Shown: one piece after another, positions 4,866 through 7,631 of the stretch
Numbering within the stretch: position 1 is the stretch's first letter
How the letters are laid out: the number at the start of each line of letters is the position of its first letter
Virus record (IMG/VR): IMGVR_UViG_2531839585_000017
Direction: 5' to 3' (one strand)
Length of the DNA stretch: 7,631 bases
From: a virus
Taxonomy: Duplodnaviria > Heunggongvirae > Uroviricota > Caudoviricetes
Position numbers and translations under genes: made by a program
The notes under the pieces: generated by a model
The model's input: the letters and a program-made list of their open reading frames with translations, nothing else
Told to the model about the DNA's origin: nothing
The model's database searches: none

Positions 4866-7194
4866 ATGAAAATGAACGTAACCGCCACCGTCAGCCATGC
4901 GCTCGGCCACTGGCCGCGTATTCTCCCGGCGCTGGGGATTCAGGTGCTGAAAAACCGTCATCAGCCCTGTCCGGTCTGTGGCGGGAGTGACCGCTTCCGT
5001 TTTGATGACAGGGAGGGGCGCGGCACCTGGTACTGCAATCAGTGTGGTGCCGGTGACGGCCTGAAACTGGTTGAAAAGGTGTTTGGTGTTTCCCCGTCCG
5101 ACGCGGCCGCAAAGGTGGCTGCCGTGACCGGCAGCCTGCCCCCGGCTGACCCGGCAGTGACGGCTGCCGCCGGTGCTGAAACAGACGCTGCCCGGAAGAA
5201 CGCCGCCGCACTGGCACAAACCCTGATGGCAAAAACCCGTCCCGGAACCGGTAACGCCTACCTGACCCGCAAGGGCTTTCCCGGCCGGGAATGCCGGATG
5301 CTGACCGGCACACACAGAGCCGGTGGCGTGAGCTGGCGCGCCGGTGACCTTGTGGTGCCACTGTATGACGACAGGGCGAACTGGTTAACCTTCAGTTAAT
5401 CAGTGCTGACGGCCGTAAGCGCACCCTGAAAGGCGGCAGGTCAGGGGCACCTGTCACACCTTGAAGGACAGAATCAGGCCGGAAAACGTCTGTGGATAGC
5501 GGAGGGATACGCGACCGCACTTACCGTCATCACCTGACCGGTGAAACGGTGATGGTGGCGCTTTCTTCCGTGAACCTCCTTTCTCTGGCCAGCCTTGCCC
5601 GGCAGAAGCATCCGGCCTGTCAGATTGTCCTTGCCGCAGACCGTGACCTCAGCGGTGACGGCCAGAAAAAAGCGCCGCAGCCGCAGATGCGTGTGAGGGC
5701 GTTGTTGCCCTGCCGCCGGTCTTCGGTGACTGGAATGATGCCTTCACGCAGTACGGCGGGGAGGCCACCCGTAAGGCCATTTACGATGCCATCCGGCCAC
5801 CGGCTGAAAGCCCGTTCGACACCATGAGCGAAGCAGAGTTTTCCGCCATGAGTACCAGCGAAAAGGCCATGCGTATCTATGAGCATTACGGCGAGGCGCT
5901 CGCGGTCGATGCCAACGGCCAGCTTCTGTCCCGTTATGAAAATGGTGTCTGGAAGGTGCTGCCGCCACAGGACTTTGCCCGGGATGTGGCCGGGCTGTTT
6001 CAGCGTCTGCGCGCGCCGTTCTCCTCCGGGAAGGTGGCCTCCGTGGTGGACACCCTGAAGCTGATTATTCCGCAGCAGGAAGCCCCCTCCCGCCGCCTGA
6101 TTGGCTTTCGTAACGGCGTGCTCGACACGCAGAGCGGCACGTTCCACCCGCACAGTCCGTCACACTGGATGCGCACCCTGTGCGATGTGGATTTCACCCC
6201 GCCGGTGGACGGTGAAACGCTGGAAACCCACGCCCCCGCGTTCTGGCGCTGGCTTGACCGTGCCGCCGGTGGCCGTGCGGAAAAACGCGACGTGATTCTG
6301 GCCGCACTGTTTATGGTGCTGGCAAACCGCTACGACTGGCAGCTCTTTCTGGAGGTGACCGGTCCCGGCGGCAGCGGCAAAAGTATCATGGCCGAAATAG
6401 CCACCCTGCTGGCCGGGGAGGATAACGCCACGTCGGCCACCATTGAGACGCTGGAATCCCCGCGTGAACGTGCCGCGTTAACTGGCTTCTCACTGATACG
6501 CCTGCCGGACCAGGAAAAATGGAGCGGCGACGGTGCCGGACTCAAGGCCATCACCGGCGGCGATGCGGTGTCCGTGGACCCGAAATACCGGGATGCGTAC
6601 TCCACGCATATCCCGGCGGTGATTCTGGCCGTGAACAATAACCCGATGCGCTTCACCGACCGCAGCGGCGGCGTGTCACGCCGGCGGGTGATTATTCACT
6701 TCCCGGAACAGATAGCCCCGCAGGAGCGCGACCCGCAGCTTAAGGACAAAATCACCCGCGAGCTGGCGGTCATCGTGCGTCACCTGATGCAGAAGTTCAG
6801 CGACCCGATGCTCGCCCGGTCACTGCTTCAGTCCCAGCAGAACTCAGACGAGGCGCTGAACATCAAACGGGATGCCGACCCGACGTTTGATTTTATCGGC
6901 TATCTGGAAACCCTGCCGCAGACCAGCGGCATGTATATGGGGAACGCCAGTATCATCCCGCGTAATTACCGTAAATACCTCTATCACGCCTATCTGGCCT
7001 ACATGGAGGCAAACGGCTACCGGAATGTACTCAGTCTGAAAATGTTCGGGCTGGGGCTGCCGGTGATGCTGAAGGAATACGGACTGAATTACGAGAAGCG
7101 CCATACCAAACAGGGGATACAGACCAACCTGACGCTGAAAGAGGAAAGCTACGGCGACTGGCTGCCAAAATGTGACGACCCTGCAACAGCCTGA
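4866..7194 (+). pseudogene. alpha: Alpha primase-helicase of P4 type (zinc-binding/primase N-terminus, D5-like P-loop helicase C-terminus); primase half interrupted by five single-base deletions between about 5370 and 5672
   Basis: SD AGGAG (4852..4856) and ATG 4866. N-terminal zinc motif CPVCGGSDRFRFDD…WYCNQCG; primase-type segments LWIAEGYATALTV and VLAADRDLSGDGQ appear in shifted frames. Intact 456-aa C-terminal ORF (5824..7194) carries Walker A GPGGSGKS (6361..6384). Frame path 0->2 (~5375, GGG), 2->1 (~5440), 1->0 (~5462), 0->2 (~5528), 2->1 (A6 run 5666..5671), every step a -1. Span 2329 nt = 777 codons + stop minus 5 nt, matching the recalled 777-aa P4 alpha. Confidence 0.85.
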
Positions 7195-7201
7195 CCCACC
7201 T

Positions 7202-7226
7202 GACCGGCATCTGCCGGTCTTTTTTT
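7202..7226 (+). terminator. Rho-independent terminator downstream of alpha
   Basis: accggc (7203..7208) / gccggt (7213..7218) stem with 4-nt loop, followed by T7 (7220..7226), 8 nt after the alpha stop. Confidence 0.6.
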
Positions 7227-7240
7227 ATCCCTGAATCCCC

Positions 7241-7540
7241 CGAAGGTGAACAATCCACTGTTCACCCTTCACCGTATATTCACCCGTTATCACACTGAAA
7301 TTAAAAGAGAAAAACGAAAGGTGAACAGTGTGAACAATCAAATCAAAAAAAACTTTTTTCTTCCTGAGTGATTTCAGTGCGGAGGATTAATCACCGGTAT
7401 GAGTCACACCGGCAGAATGCCGGAGGTGAAGAATCGAATGTTCACCCTTCACCCATTATTCACCACCTATCACTCTGAAATAAAAGGAGAAAACAGAAAG
7501 GTGAACAGTGTGAACAGTTCTTTCGAAAAAAAATTTTTTA
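7241..7540. repeat. crr-like cis replication region: two ~120-bp direct repeats, 180 bp start to start, each carrying type-I iterons in both orientations
   Basis: Repeat 1 about 7241..7360 and repeat 2 about 7421..7540 align at roughly 85% identity by eye. Iterons GGTGAACA 7245..7252, TGTTCACC 7259..7266, GGTGAACA 7320..7327, TGTGAACA 7329..7336, and the same set in repeat 2 (TGTTCACC 7439..7446, GGTGAACA 7500..7507, TGTGAACA 7509..7516). This matches my recollection of P4 crr (two 120-bp direct repeats separated by about 60 bp). Confidence 0.6.
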
Positions 7541-7560
7541 TGTGGATAAAAGATGCACTG

Positions 7561-7587
7561 GTTTGGATCCGAGCTACGGATCCAAAC
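7561..7587. repeat. Perfect 11-bp inverted repeat with 5-nt loop (gtttggatccg-agcta-cggatccaaac) distal to crr; function unknown
   Basis: Seen directly. Contains two GGATCC hexamers. No T-run on either side, so not a classical intrinsic terminator. Followed by AT-rich sequence to the window end. Confidence 0.4.
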
Positions 7588-7631
7588 TTACTGATTAAAA
7601 ATGATTTAACTTTCCGATTTATTGATGGGCT

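Noticed and set aside
4556-7258. Minus-strand ORFs across the alpha region (4556..4888, 4824..5315, 4891..5361, 5620..6153, 5744..5968, 6000..6197, 6330..6656, 6844..7104, 7031..7258) and plus-strand 6101..6295
   Set aside because: Antisense or out-of-frame to the primase-helicase gene, which has a recognisable zinc motif and Walker A; translations are Arg/Gly/Pro-rich as expected from GC-rich antisense.
2400-7540. Possibility that the TGTTCACC repeats are a CRISPR array or miniature inverted-repeat element
   Set aside because: The repeats are 8 bp, occur in both orientations with irregular short spacing and no spacer-like unique units of regular length; they match the iteron pattern of P4 ori/crr instead.
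1-7631. Integrase, tRNA attachment site, IS elements or an intact defence operon within the window
   Set aside because: No ORF with integrase/transposase features, no tRNA-like cloverleaf at the window ends and no terminal inverted repeats of IS type were found. The accessory hotspot is represented only by the 63-codon gene tail at 3..194.

Overview
The window reads as the core of a P4-type satellite phage (P4 itself or a very close relative), in circular or prophage permutation. From left to right: the AT-rich 3' end of a cargo gene (3..194, start outside the window) -> cos 19-mer (213..231) <- psu <- delta <- sid (late operon, minus strand) | Psid with two TGT-N12-ACA dyads | TGTTCACC iteron cluster with AT-rich flank (ori-like) | PLL-like region -> vis/AlpA-family gene -> PLE-like promoter and a structured leader with short repeats (CI-RNA-type immunity arrangement) -> small ORFs and an epsilon-position gene -> 151-codon ORF -> 21-codon uORF -> ~106-codon gene -> alpha primase-helicase -> terminator -> crr (two ~120-bp direct repeats carrying the same iterons). 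Only delta (Ogr-type zinc fingers), the AlpA-type protein and alpha (zinc motif, Walker A) are recognised from sequence motifs; psu, sid, the epsilon-position gene, orf151-like and orf106-like are assigned by synteny and by gene lengths recalled from the P4 literature, not by a search. A striking property of the sequence as given is that psu, sid, the ~106-codon gene, the epsilon-position gene and the primase half of alpha are interrupted by single-base frameshifts, all in the -1 direction and mostly at short homopolymers, while delta, vis, orf151 and the helicase half of alpha are intact. That pattern looks more like homopolymer undercalling than evolutionary decay, but I cannot tell the two apart from the sequence alone. 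No integrase, tRNA, CRISPR array or IS element is present. The most likely place for anything novel is the AT-rich cargo gene at the cos-proximal accessory hotspot, which is almost entirely upstream of the window.
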